A stretch of 64,000 nucleotides of DNA, from NCBI GenBank assembly GCA_964016885.1, contig OZ024762.1, positions 3,906,001-3,970,000 of the forward strand, read 5' to 3'. The notes under the pieces were generated by a model. That model was not told the origin of the DNA. It was given only the letters and a program-made list of their open reading frames with translations, and searched no databases. The DNA comes from Eledone cirrhosa. Taxonomy: Eukaryota. The translations under genes were made by a program, and so were the position numbers. Shown here piece after piece: positions 40,344 to 54,425 of the stretch (its first letter is position 1; each line of letters begins with the position of its first letter).

Positions 40344-42452
40344 ACATACATATATGTGTATATATACATATACATATGTATGTATATATACATACATATG
40401 TATATATACATACATATGTATGTATATATACATATGTATGTATATATACATATGTATGTATACATACGTATGTATATACGTATGTATATATACATATGTA
40501 TGTATATATACATACGTATGTATATATACGTATGTATATATACATATGTATGTATATATACATACGTATGTATGTATACATACGTATGTATATAAACATA
40601 CGTATGTATATATACACATACGTATGTATGTTTATATACATACGTATATATGTACATACATACGTATGTAAATACATACATATGTATGTACATATACATA
40701 CATATGTATGTACATATACATACGTATGTAAATACATACGTATGTATTATACATACGTATGTATGTGTACATACATACGTATGTATGTACATACGTATGT
40801 ATGTATGTAAATACATACATATGTATGTATGTATACATACGTACGTATGTATACATACATACGTACGTATGTATATATACATACGTACGTATGTATACAT
40901 ACATACGTACGTATGTATATATACATACGTACGTATGTATACATACATACGTATGTATGTATACATACGTATGTATATAAACATACGTATGTATTTATGT
41001 ACGTATACATACGTACGTATGTTTATATACATACGTATGTATATGTACATACGTATGTATGTACATATACATACGTATGTAAATACATACGTATGTATGT
41101 ATACATACGTATGTAAATACATACGTATGTATAATACATACGTATGTATGTACATACATATGTATGTATACGTACATAAATACATACGTATGTATATAAA
41201 CATATGTACGTATACATACGTACGTATGTTTATATACATACGTATGTTTATATACATACGTATGTATATGTACATACGTATGTATATGTACATACATACG
41301 TATGTATGTATACATACGTACGTAAATACATACGTATGTATATGTACATACATACGTATGTATGTATACATACGTATGTATGTAAATACATACGTATGTA
41401 CATACATACGTATGTATGTATACATACGTATGTATATGTACATACATACGTATGTATATATACATACGTATGTATACATACATACGTATGTATGTACATA
41501 TACATACGTATGTATACATACATACGTATGTATGTACATATACATACGTATGTACATATACATACGTATGTATATAAACATACGTACGTATGTATACGTA
41601 CATAAATACATACGTATGTATTTATGTACGTATACATACGTACGTATGTATATATACATACATATGTATGTACATATACATACGTATGTAAATACATACG
41701 TATGTATTATACATACGTATGTATTTACATACGTACATATACATACATACGTATGTATATGTACATACATACGTTTGTATGTACATATACATACGTATGT
41801 ATGTATATGTACATACATACGTATGTATGTACATATACATACGTATGTATATAAACATACGTACATAAATACATACGTATACATACGTATGTTTATATAC
41901 ATACGTATGTATATGTACATACATAAACATACGTATGTATGTACATATACATACGTATGTATATGTACATACATATACGTATGTATGTATACATACGTAT
42001 GTATATATATATACATACATATGTATATAAACATACGTATGTACATACATACGTATGTATGTATATAAACATACGTATGTAAATACATACGTATGTATAT
42101 ATACATATGTATATAAACATACGTATGTATACATACGTATGTATATATATACACGTATGTATATACATACGTATGTATATATACATACGTATGTATATAA
42201 ACATACGTATGTAGTATACGTATCTATATATATACATATGTATGTATATATATATACGTATATATATACATACATATATGTATATATATGTATGTATATA
42301 CACATACATATATGTATGTATATATATATGTATATATATATACATACATGTGTATGTATATATATATACGTATGTATACATACATATGTATGTATATATA
42401 CATATATATGTATGTATATATACATACATATGTATGTATATATACATACATC
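40344..42452. repeat. Self-complementary TACATACGTATG(TA) satellite
   Basis: ~2.1 kb built from the palindromic core ATACATACGTATGTAT, with CpG in most units; flanked by a 27-bp direct repeat. Confidence 0.95.
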
Positions 42453-44327
42453 TTTAATTCCTTAGCTATATTTATATAATACAGTAGTCTAGAGATATAA
42501 GGGTATTAATATGTCTGTAGGTTGTTGTCTTTATATCTGTGTAGTGTAACTTCTAAATTTACAATGAAGATATGATTTATATACACAAAAGTGTTTATAT
42601 GGAGTATGCCTGTCTAGAGGAGAATAGGGTATTGATGTATCCTTTAAAGAAAAGGGTAACTGTGTACATAGGGTTCTACATACTGTACTCTATTGAACCC
42701 AACTTCACTATATAATGGAGGTACTTCTTCCAATATAGAGAAGAAGGTGTATTATAGACATGAAGTAAGCTTTGTGTGTCATATTAAATACAGTTTTTCT
42801 ATATATGTGTGTATGTAAAGAACATTAAGTTTCTTTGTATTTATACAGTTAGCTCTCTTGCTTCTTAGGAAGCATGTACACATTCTACTATGAGATGCTT
42901 ATACACAACTAGAAGAACAATAGTAGTAGTTTCCTAAGAGACGTATGTGTAGTATCTAGCGAGGATGTATTGATATGTATGTACAGATCAAAACCTCTTA
43001 TATATGTATGATGTTCACTTCCAGGTTTCTACATACATGTGTATAATATAAAGAGACACACACAATGTGGGTTTAGATATATTCTATAGAATACAGTTTC
43101 TTATATACAGACATGTCTACATTGATGTTATTTACCTGTATATAGAGATGGCTTGTTTCTAATAGGTGTATATCAAGGAAATAATTTATATAATATGAAT
43201 CTAGTATACAGTGACAGAAGGTTTTTGTCTTCCTACAGTGTAAGAGGTGTCTAGTGTGTGTATATATACAGGGAGTAAATAATAAGGCAACAAAGGAAAA
43301 TACTGGTTTATTCTTTTATTTCACAATTTATTTACCTTTCTTCTTGAGATAGGGTTGTAGTAGTCTCCAGGTCTGGTGCTGTTCCTTAGGAATATAAAAT
43401 AGGTTAGTTGTGTATATATAAAGATTTAGTTTTGTATCTAGTGAAGAACGTTTATATATGGATGATGTAGCTATCAAGCAGGTGAGGATGCTAGAAGTAG
43501 TAGTAGTGAGTCTTACGGCAGAGTAATGGAGCTACCATGCTTCGTTAGATATAACTGTATGGTTTAGCTTCTATATTAATATGTCTAGAGGAGGTTTAGT
43601 TTCATGTCTATTATTCCAGTATGAACAAGTTTGTATATTGCGCCTCATAAGTATCTGTTATGATAGAAGGGAGACCGTTTATATATGAATATAGCTTCAT
43701 GTGTACGTATGTCCCCAGGATTCTTCCTCTACAAGGTTTAGAATAAATTTACGGCTAATACATAAATATGCCTGAAGTGTTTGTGTATTTACGTGAAAAA
43801 GTGTCTTCTTGTATATAGAATATCTGTGTGTGTATTCAGGTATAAGGTTTATATACAGAAGATAAAATGTGTATAGAGAGGAAGCTTGGTTATATTTCCT
43901 TACAAGTATGTATATAGTATCGAGAGAAGATTTAGTTGTAACATGTTAGAAGAGGTGTGTATATACAGATCATGGTTAGTTTTGTTTCATAATAGAAGAG
44001 GGTAACATGTATGTTTAGTTAGAAGAGGTAGCTGCGTGTATATATTTAGTTTTGTTTCTTTAAAAGACATGGCAACTTACTTTTGTGTCTCAATAATGTG
44101 TGTATATATACGGCAAATAAAACTTTACATACCTCTTTACACGAACGTAATATCCAAACCGGTATCGTTAATAGTCCCAGAGTAAATAGAATAATGTTAC
44201 AGCTTCAATACACTGAAAAGAAATGACAACAAAGGAAGAAGAGTTCCACAAACCGGAAGTAGTTCAATGTAAACAAAGGGCAAATAATTCAAATTAAGGG
44301 GAGATAACTCTCGTCAAATTGTTTGGC

Positions 44328-44492
44328 AAAAACTCATGCGAGGCGGGAGAGCAGGCCAGCATAAAGCCGGCCTGCAACGGTCCCGGCCGACCCCGCAACG
44401 ATTCGAACTTCAGACACGATCGAGTGGTCATGCCATACCGAAGTACGACATCGAAGCCAGAAACGCTACGTGCAGCGCCACGCACAAGCCGC
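44328..44492 (-). ncRNA. Unassigned structured RNA candidate, type B copy 2
   Basis: Reverse complement of 37829-37993; CTTATA at 44518-44523. Confidence 0.62.
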
Positions 44493-45989
44493 AATTCTAC
44501 AGAGTCAAATAGTCATACTTATAGCTAACATTTTCCTTCTTTTTTTAAAAAAAAAGAAACGGAAAGAAAGCAAGATAACACGACATATTCCGAGTGTTCT
44601 CTCGTTTTCTTTCCGTTTCTCTCTATATATAAATATAACGGGATATACACGAATAGAAGCCAGGGAATATGTAGTAAGGGGTTGACTTATATAGGGAGTC
44701 AATAGTTTGACCATTTTTGCCAACTTCTCAGACATAAGATAGGGAGGAGGGTCACCTTATATTCGAGTACATCTATTCTTGTTAGACTAGACCGGCATCA
44801 TCATGGGTAGAGCCGACCAGGTGCTACTGCGTTGAACGAGACTAAGGCTGTGATGGTCCTCAGGGCTCTGCTGTCAATCGTCTTTGTGAGGGGCCACGTT
44901 TCGGCTCCATAGAGGAGAAGACTGATGCATCTTTTCAAAACAATTAATATGTAGGTAACATAGCCTTAGACAGATCTGTATTTGTAATAGTTAGTATCGA
45001 TTTGGGTAATCTTAAGACCATGATTCCAATCATCAATATATGTATTGATTAAACCTAAATATAGTATATAAAGTAGTGGATCTTAAAATATGCAATGATA
45101 GTGTCGAGAGAAGGCTTAGTTAGTTACTTCTAACAATGTACCACTATGAATAAGACAGAAGGCGGTGTATGTAGATAGAATGTTTACTTTTCCTGAGTAT
45201 GAAGGGGTTTTAGTTATTATTCTTAGTAAAAAGACGGTTATATTATACATATACGTCTCTAACATTCCTCCTGTATATGAAGAGTAGCGAAATGTATTCT
45301 TGTGTCTCAGGAATAACTACGTGTTTATCGATGAATTTAAGGGACAACTAAAACATTACATACCTCTTTAGAAGAATGAAGGTGTATATATAAATGTAGC
45401 TTTATATGTGTATATTGATCTAGATAGGAAACGTTTCTTCCAGTGTATGGATTAGAGAGGTGAATGCATACACTAAAGAATGTTAATATATATCTAAGAC
45501 TGTATTTTCTAGTGTTTAGCAATGAATTAAAATATACATGGCAAATAAAGCGTTCGTTTAGGTAAATTAGAGGGTATTTTACCTCAGCTAAAGAACATTT
45601 ATATATATATAAATCTAGTTTTGTGTGTGTATTTAGGTTTAAATAAAACAATATGTACGTCTCTAGAATCTTTCTGTATATAGAATAATTGTTTCTACTT
45701 TTGGCACAAGGCCAGCAATTATCCAGTGCATTACTGGTACTTTATTTTATCGACCCTATAAGGATGAAAGGCATATAGAATAATGTATGTCTGTGAGTGG
45801 ATATACGGAAAATAAAACATTACATACCTCTCACCATTAGTATAATATCCAGACTGATTCTATCAAATTACACGAGTAAATCCAAACGATGTTAACAGTT
45901 TAATTCAATAAAGAAGAATGACAACAAACAAGAATAGTTCCAATCAGGGGCAAGTAATTCAAACGATAACTCTCGGCGAATTTTTTAGT

Positions 45990-46139
45990 AAAACTCAATG
46001 CGAGGCGGGGACGCAGGCCAGCATAAAGCCGGGGCTGCCGCCGCAACGATTCGATCTTCAGACACATAGAATGGTCATGCCATACCGAAGTACGACAGCG
46101 AAGCCCGAAACGTTACGTGCAGCGCCATGCACAGAGCGC
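45990..46139 (-). ncRNA. Unassigned structured RNA candidate, type A copy 2
   Basis: Reverse-complement homolog of 36035-36182 with GTGCA/TGCAC and cUUCGg hairpins intact. Confidence 0.58.
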
Positions 46140-47825
46140 AACTCTACTGAGTAAATTAGTCATACTTATAGTTAGAATTTTATTTATTAAAAAAATATAT
46201 ATATAGAAACGGAATGAAGACGAGATAACTGAGGGCGTGGAGAAATATCTCTTTCTGAATATACTTCGTATGGTGAGAGTTGAGATCTCTACCGAATAAT
46301 TATCAATATTATACTTCGTCTCCGAAATATTTTTAGAAAGAAATTACTTTTTCACGACCGTGTTACCTTACTTCCATCCCGTTTCTATATGTAATAAGTT
46401 TAAACTACTAGTATTTAATACATATATATATACAGAATAATAAGTATATTTACTTCAAGATAGTAATGTTTATGTTAATACAGAAAATAAAAAATGCAAA
46501 CCATCGATCTTAGTAATTAGTATCAATCACTAATTATCTATTTTGGTAATAAGCATCTTAAGACCATGATTTCCTTCATCGATATGTGATTAGACCAAAA
46601 TTTAGTATAATATATAAAGACTGTTCTCAGCTTATGACCAGTTTGCTTGGTGTTAAGTGTCTGAGAGTACAAGACTCTCCCTGGATAGTACGCTGGTCTA
46701 CCACAGGACTAACTCCTCAGCTGTGAGTACTGGAGCAATGTGATGAATGCAGAACTTCCAAATTGTGAGAGTTACATGTATGCATGGACCTGCAACTCCT
46801 AAGGGAGTCATACAGGCCACACATTGACATACAGTATTTCTAGGGCACTTTTTAAAACCTGGCAGACCCATCTCCTCTCCAGGTCTGAATACAGCAGATT
46901 TCTTCCAGAGAAACAGAAGAATCAACCTCAATACTAGACTGGTACTTTGTTTTATCAACCTCAAATGGATGAAAAGCAAAGTTGACCTCAGCAGGATTTT
47001 AATTCAGAGAACTGAAGGCATTCTGTTACATTCATATATACATACTTACTTTGTCTAATAAACAAAACATCTTTTCTCTCTACACACATAACATATAAAG
47101 CTACATTTATATAAACCTCTTCTAAGAAATTAAACCTACTCTAGACTTACACATAGATACAGTTATATATAAATACTTACCTTGTCAAATAAACACAACT
47201 AAATCTTCTCTAGTCAGACACACAAAGCTACATTTATATAAACATTCTTCTCTACAAAAGAGGATCAGCTGAAAAGCTCATAGGCTGGCTTTGAAGAAGT
47301 GATGCTAGAACTGCGAGATATTGTGGTTAGGTTCATTATCATAGGACTTGGTGGAGCAATCAAAATTCACTGCCAACTCATGTACAACTTTATGATGTTC
47401 TTGATTCATCGGTGAAAAAGAATGACTCTGATAGTTCTGTTTCATGTGAGGAAGACAAAAGGAAACCTTCAGAGTGTGCATTGAGCGATATGGGATATTT
47501 CTAGAATGTAACTAATGCCAACTTGAATCATCCTTGGACATCATCATACATAGTATATATATATATAGTGTGTTTAGTACAGTGTAGTTGTAGCTAACTA
47601 GGTATTTGGTTTTATGAAATGAAAGGGACAAAAAAACAAACTATATATATACACTGATACTTCAATGTGTTATAAGCAATCCAATACCACTGTTGGATAG
47701 ATAGAGTGCTTAATCCTGCTTACACTAAAGTTTATGGATTAAGGTGGTGCAAACACAACACTTAAATAAAGGAAACAATATATGTCCATAGTACAGAAAA
47801 TTCTTATAATATATATATATATATA

Positions 47826-48240
47826 AACATCTCGGGCTGGATTCTGTTGAGGGTCTTTGCCACAAGTGACATCAATGAGATTCCCCTGTAGTTGTTCATG
47901 TTAGAAAGATCTCCCTTCTTTGGTACTGAGATGATGTTAGTGATCAAGGGCAACTTTCTCCAGTGCCTGGTTATAGAACTCCAGGATGATATCATCAAAA
48001 TCACACCTCTTCATCACTTTTGATGCCTCTCCATAGGTCTTGATCTTCTTGGTTCGCTGAAGCCCCTCTCTGGCGAAGGTCCTGTCTCAATATCCAGTTC
48101 CTCAAACGGCTGTCTGATCTCCCTGGTATTCTGGGCTGTCGAAGGTGGCTCTCCTAGTAGGGTCTTAAAATTGTCCAGCCTCTTCTTATCCCCAGATCTA
48201 ACTCAAACTCCCTCTCTTCCTTCCTGTAATCTCGTTGATC
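47826..48240 (-). mobile_element. LINE (RTE-like) RT N-terminal fragment (mirror at ~54880-55293 +)
   Basis: NIISVPKKGDLSNMNNYRGISLMSLVAKTLNRIQP matches the conserved PKKGD...NYRxISL RT motif. Confidence 0.8.
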
Positions 48241-48929
48241 ATCATCCAGCTCTCTTTACACTTACATATATATATATATACACTGACCTCCTACAAGGTT
48301 ACATCTCAAAGGAGGTTTACACCAGTTCTTTTATCCCGAAACTTTTTCAGGAACTGTGGACAAGGAGTTTCTTATGGTTGTAGGTTTTTTGAAAGGGGAA
48401 AAATAACAGAAGGCAACACAGAAGGTGATTGTCGTGTGAAGGAGGAAGATTGGTAGAGCAATGGACTCCACAGACACTGGTAAGGGTAACTTAGAACAGG
48501 ATGGAAAGGTATCCATGGTGAGTGAAAAATCTAACCATTGTTTCAGCTACAGCAGCAGAGGAATTAAGTTATGGTCAGTTTGAAGAAAACAGAGTTGGAT
48601 GTCTTCAATGTAGTGACTATATAGACCAGAGGCTTTCAACATAACTGATGAGTGTTTCAGTGGAGACCAGCAACCTCTGAGGAGCAGGGACTGCAGTAGT
48701 AGAGATAGAATAGGCAGAGGGAACGGCATATTTAGGGGCTGGGGAGAAGCAGAGACCACTGTAGTAGCGGTAGAGAGGGAACAGCATATTTAGGGTTGGG
48801 GAGGAGCAGAGACCATTGTAGTAGAGGTAGAGAGGGAACATCATTTTTATGGGCTGGGGAGGAGCAGAGACCATTGTAGTAGAGGTATAATGTGCAGAAG
48901 GAGGAGAGACAATAATTGTGGACCAGAGC

Positions 48930-49215
48930 CTGTTGAATTGTTGATAAAGCTGGAGTGTCATCCCTTAATGTAGCAACCTTGTCAACATGAATGTCCTTGG
49001 GGGATAAACCCCTTTTCTACAGGGACTTGATAATACCACGATGCCAAATGCTGTCCATTTTCAAGAGGTCATTACTAATTACATTTGAAGTCCTCTTTCA
49101 ACAGTCAGATGTCAGTTTACTTGAAAAGAAACAATGCAGTTATTAATAAGAAGAGTTGAAATTAATTCATGCAAGATTTCCCAGCTCTAGCATCAGTCCT
49201 TCATAGTCAGCCAAC
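48930..49215 (-). mobile_element. mariner transposon 5' fragment (mirror of 53905-54190)
   Basis: Reverse complement of the mariner leader and transposase start at 53905-54190. Confidence 0.75.
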
Positions 49216-50282
49216 CTTCGTACTTCTGCTGGGTCAAGCCCGACGGGGGCTGACGTCTTAAACAAGCCCCAACAAATAAGAAAGATTTAGAAGAGAATAT
49301 ACTAATTACTAGATATTCACACAAAAGTGACATTAGAATTGTTGCTGGAAATAGCAGCCAAATATTTATCGCTCGCCACGTTTTAAAATAATGAAGGACA
49401 CATTAGAAGATGTAGTTTTAGATAGTCATATATACACATATTGGTCAACGCTGGAATCTCATTGATTCTATATACATAAGTCGGTTCTCAGAGGACCTAT
49501 TCAGGTTATGGGAACCGTTTGTCCCCCGTGTAAAAATTTGGCGTATATATATATAATTTCGAGTATATATATATATATATATATACACTTATATATGTCT
49601 GTATGCATTTTGTTGGGGTTTAAATGGTGAAAATTTCATAAGGTAGCTGTTGTTTACTTTCATCGACAAGTCAGACCTGAGCGATCAAGACATATATTTA
49701 CATATACATAATCAAAAGTAAAAACATTGTTAATATCTTCCTACACAGATAAAATATAAAAGATTGTATTTACATGTGTCACAGCTAATTCACCTCCGTA
49801 ATTCTTAGGAAACCTGGCTTCTATTTCTAGCAAGTGGAGCGTAGACGTAGAGACGTGTTGCTGTTGTTTACTTTTATTCACAGGTCTTGAACGAGCAAGA
49901 CAAGATGACCCGACATGTGTGTAATCGATGGTATACCTGCCGTGACCATCCTGTGTTTATATGATTATCAAGGTACCCACATCTACATCGTTGAATGCAC
50001 CTTTCATTGTTTTAAAAGGGGTTGTAGAAGACAGAACATCTGAGGGTGAGAGGCCGGAGATCGTCAGTGAGTGGCTTTAAATTAATTAGCCATGATTCTA
50101 TGAAATAAAGAAGCGAAATCACTTTATATATACATGTATATATATATATATAAATGTATATATATCTATATCTATATGTATGAATGTATATATATATATA
50201 TATATATATAATGATGTGTTCACCTATTAAAAATCCACAAAATTCTTTTAATATTGTCGTTTTCGTCCATAGCAAGTGTTTC

Positions 50283-50729
50283 TTCGAAATAATTTTTGCA
50301 CCCAATTTTGCGATTAAGTAAAGACGGAGTTATCGTTCTTGAGATTTCGGCTCTGCGAAATTTGAGGAACTGATGTCGCTAAATCGCTAAATCGCCAAAT
50401 CATTTACCTGCCCCGTTGCCTCATGGGAGGGTAATGGCTGCCTTTTATTTTTTAAACGATGGCAGATTCTTTAGTTTCTTTCGCAACATCTTGTTCCTTG
50501 TTTCATGTAAGTAAATAATTAAAACATTTTGGCGAGAAAGATATTAAAAAGACTGCCATGGTTTTCGAAAAATAAAAGGCAGCCATTACCCTCCCATGAT
50601 GCAACAGGGCAGGTAAATGATTTGGCGATTTAGCGACATCAGTTCCTCAAATTTCCCCGAGCCGAAATCTCAAGAACGATAACTCCGTCTTTACTTAATC
50701 GCAAAAATGGGTGCAAAAATTATTTCGAA
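50283..50729. mobile_element. Foldback/MITE-like element with ~165-bp terminal inverted repeats
   Basis: TTCGAAATAATTTTTGCACCC...GGCTGCCTTTTATTTTT (50283-50452) is mirrored at 50568-50729. A diverged direct partial copy lies at ~52540-52770. Confidence 0.75.
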
Positions 50730-50800
50730 TTTCTTAGTAATTATTTGTATATACTTACATTGTTTGCATATAAGGTAGGCTTAAAAGTTCATAGGCTCAC

Positions 50801-52138
50801 TATGAAGGAGTGATGCTAAGGCTGTGCAATCTTGCATGTGGAAAAATAAACCTCATTTGGTCATTCCATGAGAGTATCTTGGTCAGCTTATAAAGGAGTG
50901 ATGCTAGAGCTGTGCAATAGTGCATGTGGAAAAATAAACCTCATTTGGTCATTCCATGAGAGTATCTTGGTCAGCCTATGAAGGAGTGATGCTAGAGCTG
51001 TGCAATCTTGCATGTGGAAAAATAAACATCATTTGTTCATTCCATGAGAGTATCTTGGTCAGCCTATGAAGGAGTGATGCTAGAGCTGTGCAATCTTGCA
51101 TGTGGAAAAATAAACATCATTTGTTCATTCCATGAGAGTATCTTGGTCAGCCTATGAAGGAGTGATGCTAGAGCTGTGCAATCTTGCATGTGGAAAAATA
51201 AACATCATTTGTTCATTCCATGAGAGTATCTTGGTCAGCCTATGAAGGAGTGATGCTAGATCTGTGCAATCTTGCATGTGGAAAAATAAACCTCATTTGG
51301 TCATTCCATGAGAGTATCTTGGTCAGCCTATGAAGGATTGATGCTAGAGCTGTGCAATCTTGCATGTTGAAAAATAAACCTCATTTGGTCATTCCATGAG
51401 AGTATCTTGGTCAGCCTATGAAGGAGTGATGCTAGAGCTGTGAAATCTTGCATGTTGAAAAATAAACCTCATTTGGTCATTCCATGAGAGTATCTTGGTC
51501 AGCTTATGAAGGAATGATGCTAGGGCTGTGCAATCTTGTATGTTGAAAAATAAACCTCATTTGGTCATTCCATGAGAGTATCTTGGTCAGCCTATGAAGG
51601 AGTGACGCTAGGGCTGTGAAATCTTGCATGTTGAAAAATAAACCTCATTTGGTCATTCCATGAGAGTATCTTGGTCAGCTTATGAAGGAGTGATGCTAGA
51701 GCTGTGCAATCTTGCATGTTGAAAAATAAACCTCATTTGGTCATTCCATGAGAGTATCTTGGTCAGCCTATGAAGGAGTGATGCTAGAGCTGTGAAATCT
51801 TGAATGTTGAAAAATAAACCTCATTTGGTCATTCCATGAGAGTATCTTGGTCAGCTTATAAAGGAGTGATGCTAGAGCTGTGCAATCTTGCATGTGCAAA
51901 AATAAACCTCATTTGGTCATTCCATGAGAGTATCTTGGTCAGCTTATGAAGGAGTGATGCTAGAGCTGTGCAATCTTGCATGTTGAAAAATAAACCTCAT
52001 TTGGTCATTCCATGAGAGTATCTTGGTCAGCCTATGAAGGAGTGATGCTAGAGCTGTGCAATCTTGCATGTTGAAAAATAAACCTCATTTGGTCATTCCA
52101 TGAGAGTATCTTGGTCAGCCTATGAAGGAGTGATGCTA
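50801..52138 (+). repeat. 88-bp tandem array (15 full units plus a partial) derived from mariner ends
   Basis: Unit TATGAAGGAGTGATGCTAGAGCTGTGCAATCTTGCATGTTGAAAAATAAACCTCATTTGGTCATTCCATGAGAGTATCTTGGTCAGCC at 50801, 50889, 50977 ... 52121. Confidence 0.95.
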
Positions 52139-52179
52139 TATATATATACATGTATATATACACATGTATATATATACAT

Positions 52180-52330
52180 GCATGACGTGGAGGTGGATGT
52201 CTTCAAGAAACATCTCGACACCTTGTTATCCAGGATCCCGGATGAGCCCACAGCAAGTCACGAGGGAAACCTAAGGGCAGCAGCAACAAACTCCCTCTTA
52301 CACCAGTGGCCAACCTATACAGGCTGGAGA
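52180..52330 (+). mobile_element. CR1/L2-like LINE 3' end fragment
   Basis: [24 protein letters not shown]...[11 protein letters not shown]. Confidence 0.65.
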
Positions 52331-52504
52331 TAAAATGTCTAGCAACAAGGGCGGTGCCCCAGCATGGCCTCAGCCGGATGGCTGAAACAGGTAAAAGAGT
52401 ATATGTGTATATATATATATACATGTATATATATGGATATATACATGTATATTTATATATATATAAATGTATATATATATATATATATCTATATATCTAT
52501 ATAA

Positions 52505-52551
<47 letters not shown>

Positions 52552-53904
52552 GATGTGTTCACCTATTAAAAATCCACAAAATTCTTTTAATATTGTCGTT
52601 TTCGTCCATAGCAAGTGTTGTTTCGAAATAATTTTTGCACCCATTTTTGCGATTAAGTAAAGACAGAGTTATCGTTCTTGAGATTTCCTCCTGGTGAAAT
52701 TTAAGGAACTGATGTCGCTAGAGCGTCAACTTTTTTACCTGCCCCGTTGCATCATGGGAGACGTTAGGGTTGATTTTTTTTAAAAATAAAAAGCGAGTTT
52801 TTTAATTTACTCCTTGCCACCGTGGTTGTTGTTTGATATAAGTAAATAAATAAAAGAATTAATTCCATCCCACACCTCCCTGTAGTCGGAATATCTAATT
52901 ACCATGGTGTCGGGAGTGGTTAATCTAAACAAAGGGCAATATGTAATCGCTACACCGGCCTCATAATAATTACTATTGTTCTCCTATTTTTCTTCAAAGT
53001 GATTTCGCTTCTTTATTTCATAGAATCATGGCTAATTAATTTAAAGCCACTCACTGACGATCTCCGGCCTCTCACCCTCAGATGTTCTGTCTTCTACAAC
53101 CCCTTTTAAAACAATGAAAGGTGCATTCAACGATGTAGATGTGGGTACCTTGATAATCATATAAACACAGGATGGTCACGGCAGGTATACCATCGATTAC
53201 ACACATGTCGGGTCATCTTGTCTTGCTCGTTCAAGACCTGTGAATAAAAGTAAACAACAGCAACACGTCTCTACGTCTACGCTCCACTTGCTAGAAATAG
53301 AAGCCAGGTTTCCTAAGAATTACGGAGGTGAATTAGCTGTGACACATGTAAATACAATCTTTTATATTTTATCTGTGTAGGAAGATATTAACAATGTTTT
53401 TACTTTTGATTATGTATATGTAAATATATGTCTTGATCGCTCATGTCTGACTTGTCAATGAAAGTAAACAACAGCTACCTTATGGAATTTTCACCATTTA
53501 AACCCCAACAAAATGCATACAGACATATATAAGTGTATATATATATATATATATACTCGAAATTATATATATATACGCCAAATTTTTACACGGGGGACAA
53601 ACGGTTCCCATAACCTGAATAGGTCCTCTGAGAACCGACTTATGTATATAGAATCAATGAGATTCCAGCGTTGACCAATATGTGTATATATGACTATCTA
53701 AAACTACATCTTCTAATGTGTCCTTCATTATTTTAAAACGTGGCGAGCGATAAATATTTGGCTGCTATTTCCAGCAACAATTCTAATGTCACTTTTGTGT
53801 GAATATCTAGTAATTAGTATATTCTCTTCTAAATCTTTCTTATTTGTTGGGGCTTGTTTAAGACGTCAGCCCCCGTCGGGCTTGACCCAGCAGAAGTACG
53901 AAGG

Positions 53905-54190
53905 TTGGCTGACTATGAAGGACTGATGCTAGAGCTGGGAAATCTTGCATGAATTAATTTCAACTCTTCTTATTAATAACTGCATTGTTTCTTTTCAAGT
54001 AAACTGACATCTGACTGTTGAAAGAGGACTTCAAATGTAATTAGTAATGACCTCTTGAAAATGGACAGCATTTGGCATCGTGGTATTATCAAGTCCCTGT
54101 AGAAAAGGGGTTTATCCCCCAAGGACATTCATGTTGACAAGGTTGCTACATTAAGGGATGACACTCCAGCTTTATCAACAATTCAACAGG
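53905..54190 (+). mobile_element. mariner transposon 5' fragment with degenerate transposase N-terminus
   Basis: ATG at 54061 gives MDSIWHRGIIKSL*KRGLSPKDIHVDKVATLRDDTPALSTIQ, resembling the mariner HTH start (RxVIKFL..KGLSPKDIHxDM..TLGDxAPxxSTV). Confidence 0.75.
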
Positions 54191-54231
54191 CTCTGGTCCA
54201 CAATTATTGTCTCTCCTCCTTCTGCACATTA

Positions 54232-54425
54232 TACCTCTACTACAATGGTCTCTGCTCCTCCCCAGCCCATAAATATGATGTTCCCTCTCTACCTCTACTA
54301 CAATGGTCTCTGCTCCTCCCCAACCCTAAATATGCTGTTCCCTCTCTACCTCTACTACAGTGGTCTCTGCTTCTCCCCAGCCCCTAAATATGCCGTTCCC
54401 TCTGCCTATTCTATCTCTACTACTG
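54232..54425. repeat. 59-bp tandem repeat (~3 copies; mirror at ~48695-48887)
   Basis: ACCTCTACTACAATGGTCTCTGCTCCTCCCCA.CCC.TAAATATG..GTTCCCTCT at 54232, 54291 and ~54349. Confidence 0.8.

Larger units (their letters stand above)
39252..50125 (+). repeat. Left arm of giant inverted repeat (visible part)
   Basis: Mirror ORF pairs have constant coordinate sums (44294+58825, 48617+54502 and 46698+56421 = 103119; 39738+63514 = 103252). The last window bases are the reverse complement of 39252 onward. Confidence 0.97.

Noticed and set aside
40304-42479. 616-aa and many other long ORFs rich in Y/I/V/C/M/H/T (also 6-537, 17578-18624, 60640-62928)
   Set aside because: They are translations of TA/CA/TACG microsatellites that lack stop codons; no protein complexity.
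47174-47185. ATACTTACCT resembling the U1 snRNA 5' end
   Set aside because: No U1 body follows; it is the reverse complement of a donor-like AAG|GTAAGTAT.
50801-52138. CRISPR-like appearance of the regular 88-bp array (also the 44- and 50-bp arrays)
   Set aside because: No unique spacers; whole units repeat; eukaryotic context with no cas genes.
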